Shown: positions 24,195 to 37,950 of the stretch, piece after piece
Numbering within the stretch: the stretch's first letter is position 1
Layout: every line of letters begins with the position of its first letter
Source: Octopus bimaculoides
Lineage: Eukaryota
Direction of reading: 5' to 3'
NCBI RefSeq assembly: GCF_001194135.2
Contig: NC_068997.1
Location: forward strand, 12,871,036 to 12,932,307
DNA: 61,272 nucleotides
The notes under the pieces: generated by a model
Seen by the model: the letters and a program-made list of their open reading frames with translations, nothing else
What the model was told of the DNA's origin: nothing
Database searches by the model: none
Made by a program: the position numbers and the translations under genes

Positions 24195-24594
24195 CTGTTA
24201 GTCAAATAACATATGCATCAGTATTTTACTTGGATACATTGAATCAGCCTACATTTCTGCATATAAATCTTGTCCTTTAGCCTTTAGGTGGTCGTAGATA
24301 TGCCTGTGTGATTTAGAATTTCGCTTAGCAAATATTACGCGATTTAGGGCTCAATCCCACTAAACAGAACCGTTAGAAAGTGTTTTAAGTCAGAAGCTCA
24401 GGTTGACTGAAGGATTGTGAGCGAAGTTTGATAAAATGGCATAGTTAAAGCGCATCGTGGTATCGTCCCGTCCACGCAATGATATTCTTAATCCGGTACA
24501 TTTAATCCGTCATTTGGTTTAAACACTATAGTCTTCCCTTTTTTTTTTTGTCTCTGGCAGAGACAATTGAATATACTGCTGTTATACAAATAAA

Positions 24595-24760
24595 TATCTT
24601 TTCCTACTCTAGGCACAAGGCCCCAAATTTTTGGGGAGGGGGCCAGTCGATTAGATCGACTCCAGTACGCAACTGGTACTTAATTTATCGACCACACGTA
24701 AAGACAGACGAAATACTGCTAAGCATTTCGTCTGTCTTTCTAACATTTCTGTCAGCTCGC
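24595..24760 (-). mobile_element. SINE family A (tail-2 type) with an internal deletion
   Basis: ctactctaggcacaagg...actggtacttaatttatcgacc jumps directly to acgtaaagacagacgaaatactgctaagc. Confidence 0.85.
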
Positions 24761-24769
24761 TGTCTTCAT

Positions 24770-24835
<66 letters not shown>

Positions 24836-24984
24836 CATCTCTCTCTCTCTGTGTCTGTTTTCTGTCTGTCTATCTCTATCTATCTACCTATCTATAGTGC
24901 ATGTAAGTATGACGATGCGTGCGCGAGTTTATGCGTGTATGTATGTGTATGCGAGTGTGAGTATGTATTTGTTCATGCCCGCCT

Positions 24985-25170
24985 CGCTTGACAATCCGTG
25001 ATAGTCTGATCCCGTTCCTATAACTCAGTGATTCGAAAGGAACAAAAGCGGTAGAATATGTAGGTGACTGAAAAATAATTACAGAGTTGACGTGCTTGAC
25101 TATATTCTTTAAGGTTATACTCCAGCTTGGCCGCTGCCCTATGACTTTAACAACTAAAAGAATGAACACA
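24985..25170 (+). mobile_element. SINE family B/C, degenerate 3' half after a microsatellite
   Basis: ctcgcttgacaa...gattcgaaagg...gtagaata...tactccagcttggccgc...atgact. Confidence 0.55.
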
Positions 25171-25577
25171 TAAATCGTTACAAATAAATATATCTATATA
25201 CAAGCAGATACTGAGACCCACTCGCACCAACACACACATACACTTTTGTAATTATATATATGTGTGTGTGCGTGTATGTATATACATAATGTATTTACAT
25301 GCACACATACATATATGTATGTATAAACATATATATCTATATGTATGCATGTATATATATATATATATATNNNNNNNNNNNNNNNNNNNNNNNNNNNNNN
25401 NNNNNNNNNNNNNNNNNNNNNNNNNNNNNNNNNNNNNNNNNNNNNNNNNNNNNNNNNNNNATATATATGTATATGTATATATATATGTATATATATGTAA
25501 ATATACACACATACCTACTTACCTATTTACATACATGCACATATATATCTCGTATATTTCTATGCATACATTCATAC

Positions 25578-25650
<73 letters not shown>

Positions 25651-26442
25651 CATGCATTCATATATAAGTGTGTATGTGTGCATATAACTTTATATCTAAA
25701 TACATATTTGTATGTATAGGTATTTGAGTCTGTCTGTATATATGTGTATGTGTGTGAGAGCGTGTGCGAGTGCATTTTTACGCATACTTTAAACCGCATA
25801 GAGATATTTGTGTATGGATGTGCATTAGTGTTTGTGGTGTGCATGTGTGTATGTGTGCGTGTGTGTTTTTCCGTGACTCTGTTTCCATTCGTAAGTCTTC
25901 AAGTAGTGGTTTGAAAAAAATTAATTTGAAATATTTAATATCAATTACCAAAGTAACAGCACCTGACGTCAATTTGTGCTGTGTTATCGAAACATCTGTC
26001 AGAATTAATATAAGAAACATGAAGAACAACAATAATAACAAGAACAACAACATTAATGAACAGACAAGAAAAATATATTTTAAAAAAAGTAGAGTAAATT
26101 GAAGAATTAGCAGAAACAAATTGGTCTCTTGGTGATCAAATGACAATGTTCTTTATAAAAAATCTTCAAATTGCATTTTTGATAATTAGCTTTCTGATAT
26201 CGGCGCCGAAATATTAACGAAGACTTGTTTTAACGAATTTTGCACTTTACTATGGCTAACCTTGGTGATACAACGTCAAATTATAAACTGAGAGACTAAT
26301 GGTTCGAAATTCGTCGCCAACGTTGGCAGAACACTTTAACTGGATAGAGGATGGAACTTTAATATGGTCCTTTGAGTTGCTAAAAGGAGCAGAGAAATGT
26401 TCTTCAAATTATATAACATGCCGTGATAAGTATATAAACAGA

Positions 26443-26680
26443 AAGGCAGCGAGCTGGCAGAAACATTAGCACGCCGGGCGAAATGCGTAGCGGTATTTCG
26501 TCTGGCGCTACGTTCTAAGTTCAAATTCCGCCGAGATCGATTTTGCTTTTCATCCTTTCGGGGTCGATGAAATAAGTACCAGTTACGCACTGGAGTCGAT
26601 ATAGTCGACTTAATCTGTTTGTCTGTCCTTGTTTGTCCCGTCTGTGTGTAGCCCCTTGTGGGTAGTAAAGAAACAAGAAA
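26443..26680 (+). mobile_element. SINE family A monomer with tail-1
   Basis: aaggcagcgagctggcagaaacattagcacgccgggcg...tttgtctgtccttgtttgtcccgtctgtgtgtagccccttgtgggtagtaaagaaacaagaa. Confidence 0.9.
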
Positions 26681-28918
26681 CAATTCTAGTCTATTATCCT
26701 TACATTCCGTTCTTTTTCATAAAGAACCTAGACATTCCATCACCATGAGACTAATGGGTTTTGTTAATTCTTCAACACACTCCTATTATATAGTTGAAGA
26801 CATTTGAATCGGAATTGCGATATACAATAGTGGAACTCTATACGCACGAGTCCTCTCACGGAGACGATTGGTATCTAATTCGGTCATCATGTGTCGGCAG
26901 TGATTTCACTGCGTAGCCACGGATAATTTGAGAACACATTTTTCGTGGTAGAATGAGTTGGCGTCTAACTTCAGCGTGCAAGGAATCCACTTACTGGTCT
27001 CTCCTCTTATTTATATATCTATAGATGCATATATNNNNNNNNNNNNNNNNNNNNNNNNNNNNNNNNNNNNNNNNNNNNNNNNNNNNNNNNNNNNNNNNNT
27101 ATATATATATATATATATATATATTAGCTTTGCCAAGTAAAGAGCCCAGATGCATGACATACATGCTTCCTAACGAACCGATGAAAAAAAAAAGGAAGCC
27201 GCTACAATGAAGAAATGGTTTTATATGAAAGACACCAAATTGCATCTATATTACTTCTAATATTTCCAGTTAAATCATGAAATGAGATGAAGACTAAAGA
27301 CTATGTGAAACAGTTTTGGGATGCATTCTGACTGAAATGAGCGGCATGTTAGCTAAATCATCCACGATGTCTCAGAAAACATTTAATTTCCGTTGGTTAA
27401 ATGATGAAAAATGCCCTCTTCTATGTTGTACATGTCTTGTGAATGCGATTTTAGCAATAATACAAGACCGACTGGTCAATTTTCCCAGCACCTTTTCTAA
27501 TTGAGTAGTCTCTGCTCCTAGCTGTTCACATATAACCTGCTAATTTGCCTCCTATTTTTCGTCAAAATTAGTTGTGTAATTATTTGAATTCTTTTTTTTA
27601 GATAAAATTGATAATTTGGATTTGAATGACGCAACTAAACCGTTACGCCACTATTTTTTCTATCAGATGAAAACAAATATATGAAGTCGAAAACTTATAC
27701 ATCTAATCTAAAATCGCCGTCTTTGTTTTGAAAAGGAACATGTTACTCGAAATATATAAAATATCAAATGCTAATTAAATACTATACAAAATAAATAGTG
27801 TAAACGGTTTGATACACACACACACGCACACAAATACATGTGTGCGCTTGTGTGTTGCGAGCGATTTTGTATCAGGACAGGAAGACATCAACGGTGCGTT
27901 GAGCAAAAGCAGCTTGTAGTATTTCGTTCCGTATCTCTTTCGTCAGTTACACAGTCTCCACATCTTCCATCCTTTACAGAACCAATAAATATAACAAAAT
28001 AAACGCAGACAAAGTGTACATAACCAAACCAAAACCTTCTAAAGCCAGTGCCCCAGCATGGTCACAATCCAAAGATTATATAAAATAATATATAAGATAA
28101 TTCATTCTGTTTGTCACGTTGGTAGACATCTCAAGTCGAACTTTATTAGAGAAGAAACTAAAAACAAACAAACAAACAGAATAACTAATAAATAAAAATA
28201 ATGAAAAAGGACGATAATATATAATTTCAACTTGTATTTGAGGAATAGTGGAGATGCTCAATTCAATTGTTCATTATTCTTAATGTATTAATAACGAGAA
28301 ACTTAAATTTCATTTGTTTGTATCTAATTTGTAATATTAAGTATTTTACTGCCCTTAAGAGCAAGTAAGACAACGTGTCTTCGAAAGAGTCGGCATTCAT
28401 TAATCGTGTGCTTTTTATATGTTAATTTCTATATAAGTATTCACAGAAATGACACATGTGTAGGTTTCGGTAGACATGCGTATGTAACTAAATATTTTCT
28501 GTATAGTTATGTCTAGATGTGAGTGTGTGTTTGAATGTATGTATGTATATATATATATATATACATGCATATATACGTATATAGGTGTCCCTGTGCCTGT
28601 ATGTGTTTATGTTGTATGTAAGTGCCTTTCTTTTATGTTTATTCACTGTTTACGGAGAAGGAGAGAAAGAGAGAGAAAGAGAGAGAGAGAGGGAGAGAGA
28701 GAGAGAGAGGGAGACAGAGAAAAGGGTTACGCGAGAGAGATTGAGGGACACACAAAAGCTCTAATTAGATTGTCTAATCGCATTTACATATAGGCATACA
28801 CATACATAAACTCACGCCTATATGCATTATAACCGCACACACACACAAATATATATATAATGTTATATATATAAACATAGATGTGTGTGTATGTACATGT
28901 ATATGTACATATATACAT

Positions 28919-28995
<77 letters not shown>

Positions 28996-29713
28996 NNNNN
29001 NNNNNNNNNNNNNNNNNNNNNNNNNNNNNNNNNNNNNNNNNNNNNNNNNNNNNNNNNNNNNNNNNNNNNNNNNNNNNNNNNNNNNNNNNNNNNTATATAT
29101 ATATATATGTACATGTTCCGGTTTTTGTAGCCTCTTATCCATTAGTACTTGTCAAACTTAATTCACTTGTTCGGTAAGTTAGGCAAGTGTTAAGTCTACA
29201 CATAGAAAATCTGGACTTCTGCCATATCTAATCTAGTCTGAACTTCAAAGAGAGATCAAGAGAGAGATCAAGAAAGAGAGAGAAAAAAAGGAGAGAGCGA
29301 GATAGAGAGAGAGAAAGACAGAGAGAGTGACAAAGAGAACGAGCAGAAAAGAGAGAGAGAGAAAAAAAGGAGAGAGAAGGAAAAAGAGATGTCTTTTTTC
29401 CTGTTTCTTCGTATCTGGGTTCATTCCAGACACAGACATAATAAATAAATAAATAAATAAATAAACAAACAAATAAATCAGTAAATTGATAAATAAATGA
29501 AGAAAGTTTTATTCATTTAACTTGGGAGAAGAGAAACGTATTTACTTTTCTTGGAATAAAAATGGCACAATTTCTAATTTTTCTGTTTTATGTAAAGTTC
29601 GTTAACTCCTTGGTAACCAAACCAAACGTGTCCCTAGTAACCACAAGAGCGTAGAGTTTAGCTCTTACTGATGTTGTCGTTGCTGTTGTTGTTGCAGTTG
29701 TCATATGCACTCC

Positions 29714-30135
29714 GGCGGCGATCTGGCAGAATCGTTAGCACGCCGGGCGAAATGCTTAGCGGTATTTCGTCTGCCGTTAGGTTTTGAGTTCGAATTTCGC
29801 CGAGGTCGACTTTGCCTTTCATCCTTTTGGGGTCGATAAATTCAGTACCATTTACGCACTGAGGTCGATGTAATAGACTTAACCCATTTGTCTGTCCTTG
29901 TTTGTCCCGTCTACGTTTAGCCCCTTGTGGGCAACGAAGAAATAAGAATCGTTAGCACGCCGGGCGAAATACTTAGTGGTATTTCGTCTGCCGTTACGTT
30001 CTGAATTCAAATTCCACCGAGGTCGACTTTACCTTTTATCCCTTCGGAGTCGATGAATTAAGTACCAGCTGTGTACTGGGTCAATCTAAACGACTGGTCC
30101 CTTCCCCAAACACTTCGGGTCTTGTGCCAAGAGTA
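29714..30135 (+). mobile_element. SINE family A dimer (tail-1 unit + 5'-clipped tail-2 unit)
   Basis: Junction gggcaacgaagaaataa|gaatcgttagcacg at 29945/29946; ends cgggtcttgtgccaagagta. Confidence 0.9.
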
Positions 30136-31179
30136 TGCATTCGACCTCATGTCGGGAATCATCGAGCGGACCTATTCGCGAATATATACCAGGTATGTCC
30201 AACCTGCTCCTTTTGTCAAGCATGGTAGATCTAAGATTGCAGTGTTTAATGTGCTACCCACATATACTTATAAAAATGGCAGTACGTCGGTTGGAAGCGG
30301 TTCTGGCTATTACGTCTAGTAAGACGTGCGACAGTGTAAGTCCCAATAGCGTTGGATAGTTTTTTTTTCTTTCTTTGAGACCCGGCCGACTACAGAAGGC
30401 GGTGAACTGGCATAGTCATTATAACGAAGGACAAAATTATTTGTTCCGTCTCTCAGTGTTCTGAGTTCAAATTCAATGAATCTGTACTACTTTACTTGCA
30501 ATGGATCGATGGAATGTGGTACCAGTCCAGAGCGGTGGAATAGGCCAGATTGTTTGAGCTTTAGACGTTTGTTTGAGATTGTTTCAGCTATGCGATATTT
30601 ATTCTAGGTCTCTGCTTTCTGAGTTCAAATCGAAACATACGTAACTGGTATTTAATTTATCGACACAGAAAGGATGAAAGGCAAAGAAGACATCGGCGGA
30701 ATTTGAACTCATCTTTTTAAGAGTATTGTAGAACGTTGCCATCTGCTCTTGCCTTCTTAAAAGGATAGTGTTGTTTAAAGGATATCTAGCTGTTATTTCT
30801 TGCATTTCGACTGATCATTTACAGATTCCATCACTGGCGCTTCACGCGTGACTAACCCGTCTGTTATTCAGGCATATTGCACCTAAAACTAATTTATCCG
30901 CTGCTTCATACCATTTTTCTATGGCAGCGTAGTGTAATTTGAGTAAAATACTACTGCTATTTCTTGCATGTCACACGACCACACAGAGACACCCTTTCAC
31001 CCGTTGGCTCACGTATAAGTTAATTGTAAGAACTGCTAACTTACTCTGGAACTCAATGCCCTTTAGTATTCCATACCGTACGAATTAATGAATGCTTCTA
31101 ATGAACTAGTTAATGAGCCTAATCAATTATTTAACTTAATACTTCTCATTTAATCATTTCTAATTATTCACTCCCCACT

Positions 31180-31340
31180 TCCATCTCCTCCTCCTCCTTC
31201 TCCTCCTCCTTCTCCTCCTCCTCCTTCTCCTCCTCCTTCTCCTCCTCCTCCTTCTCCTCCTCACCCCATCAACCCCCCATCATCATCATCATCGTTGTTG
31301 TTGCTGTTATTAATATCATTATTGTTGTTGTTGTTTTTGC

Positions 31341-31371
<31 letters not shown>

Positions 31372-31599
31372 NNNNNNNNNNNNNNNNNNNNNNNNNNNNN
31401 NNNNNNNNNNNNNNNNNNNNNNNNNNNNNNNNNNNNNNNNNNNNNNNNNNNNNNNNNNNNNNNNNNNNNNNNNNNNNNNNNNNNNNNNNNNNNNNNNNNN
31501 NNNNNNNNNNNNNNNNNNNNNNNNNNNNNNNNNNNNNNNNNNNNNNNNNNNNNNNNNNNNNNNNNNNNNTATTATTATTGTAATTATCATTATTATTAC

Positions 31600-31635
<36 letters not shown>

Positions 31636-31647
31636 TATTATTATTAC

Positions 31648-31683
<36 letters not shown>

Positions 31684-31686
31684 TAC

Positions 31687-31728
<42 letters not shown>

Positions 31729-31992
31729 TACTATTATTATTAATATTATCATTATTATCATTATTATTATTATTAAATACTTCATACCTCTAGTTTTTGT
31801 CGAGGGCAATCTCTTAGCATATCATCATCAGCGTCTTCACTAGTACCAGCAGCAGCAGCAGCAGCAGCAGCACCACCACCACCACCACCACCACCACCAC
31901 CACCATCATCATCATCAATAACAATAGCATCATCAACACTATCACCGCCGCCGCCGCCATCACCGCCACCATCACCATTATTATTATTATTA

Positions 31993-32056
<64 letters not shown>

Positions 32057-32130
32057 CATTATTATTATTGTTATCATTGTTATTATTATTATCATTATTA
32101 TTATCATTATTATTATTATTATGATGATCG
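31180..32130. repeat. Compound (CTC)/(ATC)/(ATT)/(CAG)/(CAC) trinucleotide array spanning a gap
   Basis: Direct reading. Confidence 0.95.
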
Positions 32131-32575
32131 TATATGATTGCCTCATTAGTTCATTATCTAAATAGTTCCGTAAGTAACATCTGATACACTGAACGTTGCC
32201 TGGAGTATTTCTACAGTAAGACTACAATACAATACTCTAGATTGTTCCTTCCCTCCCCACCCCCATTTCATGTGAGATGTCGTTAGATATATATACAGTT
32301 CCCTTTTCGTTATAATTCTTGTATTTACATCCCCATATCAACTCTGGATAACTAGATCTATTACCGAATATTCAGACATTGTACCTACGATGTTATCAGG
32401 CAACCCGTTTTGTTTCTATGTTTTGAGAGAACCAACCGCGATTTTAGGGACCTTTAGCTGTTATATCTAGCAAGTCGAGTGACCGCGTAACTAGTTACGA
32501 CTCCACTGTAGACTTGTCTCTTAGATCTGTTGTTCTTTTCATTGTTGATCAAAAGCAATTCATTGGTTCATCGTG

Positions 32576-32652
32576 TCTGTTTTAGCTCATGTTCAGTGTT
32601 AGCTCATATCCATCTGTTTTAGTTCATGTTCATCTGTTTTAGCTCATGTTCA
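32576..32652 (+). repeat. 20-bp minisatellite TCTGTTTTAGCTCATGTTCA, 4 units (second degenerate)
   Basis: Units start at 32576, 32596, 32613 and 32633. Confidence 0.85.
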
Positions 32653-32854
32653 TTCTTCATCGAATAAACTCAAAATGACAATGTTCAACCCATATCAAAC
32701 ACATCAACTTTAATACGGACGTAATATATCTAGGACTACATTTTCAAAGTGTTCTGAGCTTTTTGAAGCATTAAGGAGTGATTTGAATGTTTTTGTTTTG
32801 GTTCACTCAACTTTTCCACAATTCTAAGTTTCTCTTCTGTTATGATATCGTTCA

Positions 32855-33060
32855 GGGCAGCCAGCTGGCAAAATCGTTGCCATGCCGGACAAGATACCGA
32901 ATTTAAGTCCTGAGCTCAAATTCCGTCGAGGTCGATGTTTGCCTCTCATCGTTTCGGGATAGATAAAATAAGTAGTAGTCAAGTTCTGCGGGGAAGGCGA
33001 TGTAATTGAATAGCCCCCACCGCAAAATTGCAGGCCTTATGCCTATCGTAGAAAGAATTA
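32855..33060 (+). mobile_element. SINE family A (tail-2 type); further degenerate fragments follow to about 33620
   Basis: gccagctggcaaaatcgttgcc...gagctcaaattccgtcgaggtcgat...gataaaataag...gcaggccttatgcctatcgtagaaagaatt. Confidence 0.8.
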
Positions 33061-34139
33061 TAACACCATACCAAGGTGACAAGCTGCCAGCATTATTGCC
33101 TTGTAGTATTTGTACCTGCTTATTACGTTCTCAGTTCAATTTCCTCCGAGAACACCTCTGCCTTTCATCATTTCAGAGTTGATAAAAGGAATGGAATCGC
33201 TGGTTTCGATCAACTCCCTTCAGTAAAAAAAAAAAAAAAAAAAAAAAAATCGCTGCTCTCATGCTTCATTTAGAAACCCTTATAACACAATGCCATTGGT
33301 CTGCGGACAAAATATCTTGCGATATTCCAAAACACTGGAGTTTGATTTCAAATCCAGTCAAAATCAACTTTGCCTTTGATCGTTTCGGAGTCAATAAAAC
33401 AAAATGCCTGTCGCTATATATATCAACTGCTCCCCACTACCATATATAATTCGAAGAAATGTGTTTGTATATAGAAACAACTGTAGCACAATTTACGTCT
33501 AGCATGCGCTACTGGAATGCAAAATCGATGTTTAGTATTTTAGAATTTATTTTATCGACACTGGAAGGACCGAAAACAAAGTTGAATTTGTCAGGATTTG
33601 AACACCGAACGTAGAGAAACTATACTTTAATGCATCTGCCTGTCCGTCACTTAATGAATTGCTTCCAGTGTGGCGAGGGTAAAGTTGAATGAAATACCAA
33701 TTCAGGGGTCATGAACTCTGCTGACCCTACCGAACTGATTGCTGAACCATGACGGTCCGTTTTCTGTAGCCTAATTTCTTGAAATTCTTATTTCTGTAAA
33801 TGTTTACGCGTGTTTAACGCCGTTGGACTTGCTTGACCTTCCGGTCTCTTTTCGAACGCAACGAGTCACGTGGGAAGTTTCTTTCAACTTCCGACCTACC
33901 ACAGGCAGCATCATCAACCTCGCTCTCTTCCTCCTCAACCGCCAACACCGCAAGTACTACGTCATTTACCATCGTTGCTGTCGCCGTCACCAGAACTATC
34001 TCTGCTACACTGTTATCTCCTTCACATCACCAAAAAAGGAAACCCACCAGCACCACCTCAACCACCGCCAATACTAATAGTCTTGGCTACATCACCATCA
34101 CTCCCCACCAATACTACAACAATACCTTCACAATTGGTA

Positions 34140-35362
34140 TAACCTTTATTGCACTGCGTCCATAAACTTAGCTACCACAAGCAACAACAAGATTACCATA
34201 ACCATAATGGGAAGAAGAAGATAAATAAGAAAGAGAAGAGGAAGGAGAAGAGGGAGAAGAAGATGAAGGAGGAGAAGAAGATGAAGAAGAAGAAGAAGAA
34301 GAAGAAGAAGAAGAAGAAGAAGAAGAAGAAGAAGAAGAAGAAGAAGAATATCAACAACAAGATGGAGAAGAAGAAGTAGAAGAGATAGAAGAAAAGAACA
34401 TGAAAACGAAGAAAAGAAGGAGAGCAGAAAAGAAATAGAAGAAAACGAATAAGTATAAGAATGAGCAAGAAATGTAAGAAATAGGAGAAGAAGAAGAAGA
34501 AGAAGAAGAAGAAGAAGAAGAAGAAGAAGAAGAAGAAGAAGAAGAAGAAAGAGCAACAACAACAGAAGCCGTAGTCACTACATCAACACTAGTAGCTCAA
34601 GATGGCCACCACAACAACAAGAATAGCAACAACATGAATAACAACACCTATAACTTTACCTTCTCATCCTCTCTACTACCATCCTACCATTGCAAGAATC
34701 ACTACAACAATTATAACCACCACCACTACCACCACCATCACCAACACCACCATCACCACCACCACTACCACCACCACCACCACCACCGCCGCCACCACCA
34801 CCGCCGCCGCCATAACCATGACCACCACCATCACCACCACTACCACTAGCATCACTACCACCATGATAATCATCACCATCACTGCCAACAACAATAATAC
34901 AACCACTATTAGCACCACCACTACCACCACCACCACTGCTATCACAAACACCACTAACACAGCCATCACAAACACCGCCACTACCACCACCACTACCACC
35001 ACTATCCCGACGACGACGACGACAACCACCACCAGCACCACCACCACTATCACGACGACGACCACCACTACTACCACCATCACCCCCACCACCACCATCA
35101 CCACCACCAAAACAAACTGCTATCATCATCAACGCCTCCACCACCACCGTCATATCAATGACCAAAAGCCCCTCCACCACGAGCTAAAAACATACGAAGA
35201 AATCCCCACCGCCAAGTCAACTGCCACTACCACCAACACCACAACACCAATACAACAACAAACAACGGCTACAGCTCCACCCTCACCATAACTCTACTAC
35301 CATCAGCGCTAACCACCAAGTAGCCTCAAAATCATCGACACCACCGCGGCTATCACCTTCAG

Positions 35363-35419
<57 letters not shown>

Positions 35420-35420
35420 A

Positions 35421-35462
<42 letters not shown>

Positions 35463-35580
35463 GTCGTCGTCGTTCCTATCACCACTAACTACACCATTTC
35501 CATAAGGGCCACCATCACCACTACCACAGACACCATCACAATTACCACCAGCGCCACCGCCGATGCTGCGACATGTCACT
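34140..35580. repeat. About 1.4-kb mosaic trinucleotide tract (AAG, AAC, ACC, ACG, ATC blocks)
   Basis: Direct reading; source of the spurious poly-K/T/H/D ORFs. Confidence 0.95.
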
Positions 35581-35718
35581 ATCTCATTATCGCTGACGTA
35601 CAGACAGAGATATGTAAGGGACTGTGAAAAGGACCATCCTGAAATTGTTCATCGTTTATTACGCTTCGGAGAATATTTTAATTAGGAATTTGGCCAGCGA
35701 CAATCTCCACTCATCAAC

Positions 35719-35769
<51 letters not shown>

Positions 35770-36256
35770 CGCACACACATAGACACGTGAGCATGCATAT
35801 ACACGTCTGTATGCATATATACAACACTAGATACATACGCAGACAAACACAAACACGCACACACAAACACACAAACACACACATACACACACACACACAC
35901 ATATATATATATATGCATATATAGGTGCAGACGTAGAAAGATACATGCATAGATACAAAGAAAATACACACTTGGTCGCTCTCAGATTTATAAATATCTA
36001 ATGTACAAGTTAGCATACAGAGATATCTGTGTTGGGTCATACAGAACGCTGATGTACACAAACACATACACCCAGACATAGAAATACACAGAGAGACACA
36101 CGTCAGTACAACCTGATTTATGCACCATATACACCCTTAAAGTTATAGATACTCATCTACACACATATATACATAATGACATACACAGATTCATAAATAC
36201 ATACATGCATACAGACATACAGACGTATCCGTCCATATTTTCAATTTTCATATAAA

Positions 36257-37070
36257 TTGTTCGAAGTTGATTTAGTTTCCGTGTACAGTGCAATTAAAGA
36301 TGGACATCAGTTTGTCGATTATGGACCCACTTCTTCGTCTCTCCGCATCAGCACCATACTTCCCCGGCGGATAACTGGGGATGTTTACAGTCATCTACCC
36401 GTTGCGATAGATATCTTGCCAAGAGATCGGCAAATCAATTTATGTATTCATAAATCTTGTAAGGAAGACCATCCGAACGAAACAATCTACCCGTCGCACA
36501 CACATTCACAGCCAAATGTATCTGAGCAGCAATTTTCGGTGTTTCACAGGACTCCAACACTATACCGAGAACCGCCGTGTGCCCTGGCGACAGACACAAA
36601 GTTCACTGCAATTGGTCTGTCTCTATAAAAAACCGATGATCAAATCCCTTCTGAAAAATCTGTACGGAATTTTCATGGAATGGAATAGCACTTGCTTATC
36701 GCGGTCCATGGAAAATTTAACTTTGTATCAGTTATTACAACATTCGTTTGCCACCAGCTCATGAAACGATTATGTTTCCTCTTTGTCGAGGGGCATCCGT
36801 CTTATCTCTGACAACGCAACCTTACTATTTCACATTGAATTTATGGTCGAGTGTTATTTTCACTGCTGGCGTGTCAAGCATTGCCATTTCTATTCGTGTC
36901 TTCCCATCAGCTGGCTAGTATTTCCTCTAATCTATTACTCTCTATTCTACCATTTTGCAACATCGTAAGAGTTCTTCACAAATGTTCTTTTTTGTAAATA
37001 AGCGTTCCACAGGTTAGTGACTCCATTAACTTTCTCTTAATTTGTATACTCATACGATCGCTGCTGACTT
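36257..37070 (+). pseudogene. Highly decayed mariner-like transposase remnant
   Basis: Mariner-like motifs in collinear order across frames: AIKDGHQFVDYGP (FKDGR.SV.D.P), PRDRQI (DRRIT), GIFMEWN (T.FWD), RGIRLISDNA (KGVLLLHDNA). Confidence 0.45.
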
Positions 37071-37759
37071 TTCCTGAGGAAAAATGACGTGATTTTCGTC
37101 ACTCGGGCTGATTTATGCAGCTAAATAGCCACAGCTGTGAAAACTCCGCTGGTCTTACAAATGCATTAACTAGGTGCAATGTGAATGACGCGATGCAGTT
37201 TATCCAAGTTCATAATGTATGTCCTCAGAAGGTGAGCGCATGCTTCCGGCATGTAAATCCTGTCGGCTCCGAATATTCACAACTAGGGATCTCAAATAAT
37301 GCTTCTAGACATCTGAAGAAGCCTGGCGGTTCTGCTTCAGGCTGGCATAGCTGGCCATTAGTGAAAAGGTAGTACTACTTCGCTGATGTTCACGCGTGGG
37401 ATCACCAGAGTACTATTCATCTCGTTACCTCGAGATTCAGATCCTTACAAAACAATGCTAAGACATTGCCGGAGAAGAAGTTCAGAAAGGTTCCTAGCGG
37501 CACTTCTTGTTTCCCCTGATAGCTACCAAATCTACATCTACTAGACTGAAATCGTTCAGCAAGCTTATTTGTTTGCGATATACAAGAGGTTGCTGAAAAG
37601 ATCTTGGCTTCGGGTGAAAGAAAATACAGGAGGATCAGTTAATTATGATTTCATTTAACATATCTCCCTCTCAGATTCACACGCTAATAACAGCGGTCCT
37701 TAAGGTTTTCTAAGGCCTGTAAAAGAACTCAGAATGTTGGGCCTCCAACCATCCAACCA

Positions 37760-37950
37760 GGCCTTTCGAAATACCGTTAAAGCCAGGAACTTTTCAGCAT
37801 CCCGTCGTAGGCACATGGCCACACTGGAGTAGTCTAATTGACCAAATACAATCCTATACTTAAATGCAACGATGCAATCGACCATGGAAGAGCGAAAGGC
37901 AAAGTTGATTTCAGTTCGGTTTGAACTCATAATGTAAAAAGAGGGTAATT
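37760..37950 (-). mobile_element. SINE family A, degenerate
   Basis: gaaaggcaaagttgatttcagttcggtttgaactcataatgtaaa. Confidence 0.55.

Noticed and set aside
30071-30359. ORFs downstream of the SINE dimer (YVQPAPFVKHGRSK...)
   Set aside because: They start inside SINE sequence and have no credible acceptor or recognisable homology.
33833-34165. Ser/Thr-rich 110-aa ORF that looks mucin-like
   Set aside because: No real ATG or in-frame acceptor, and it grades into the ACC/ATC trinucleotide mosaic; probably decayed repeat.
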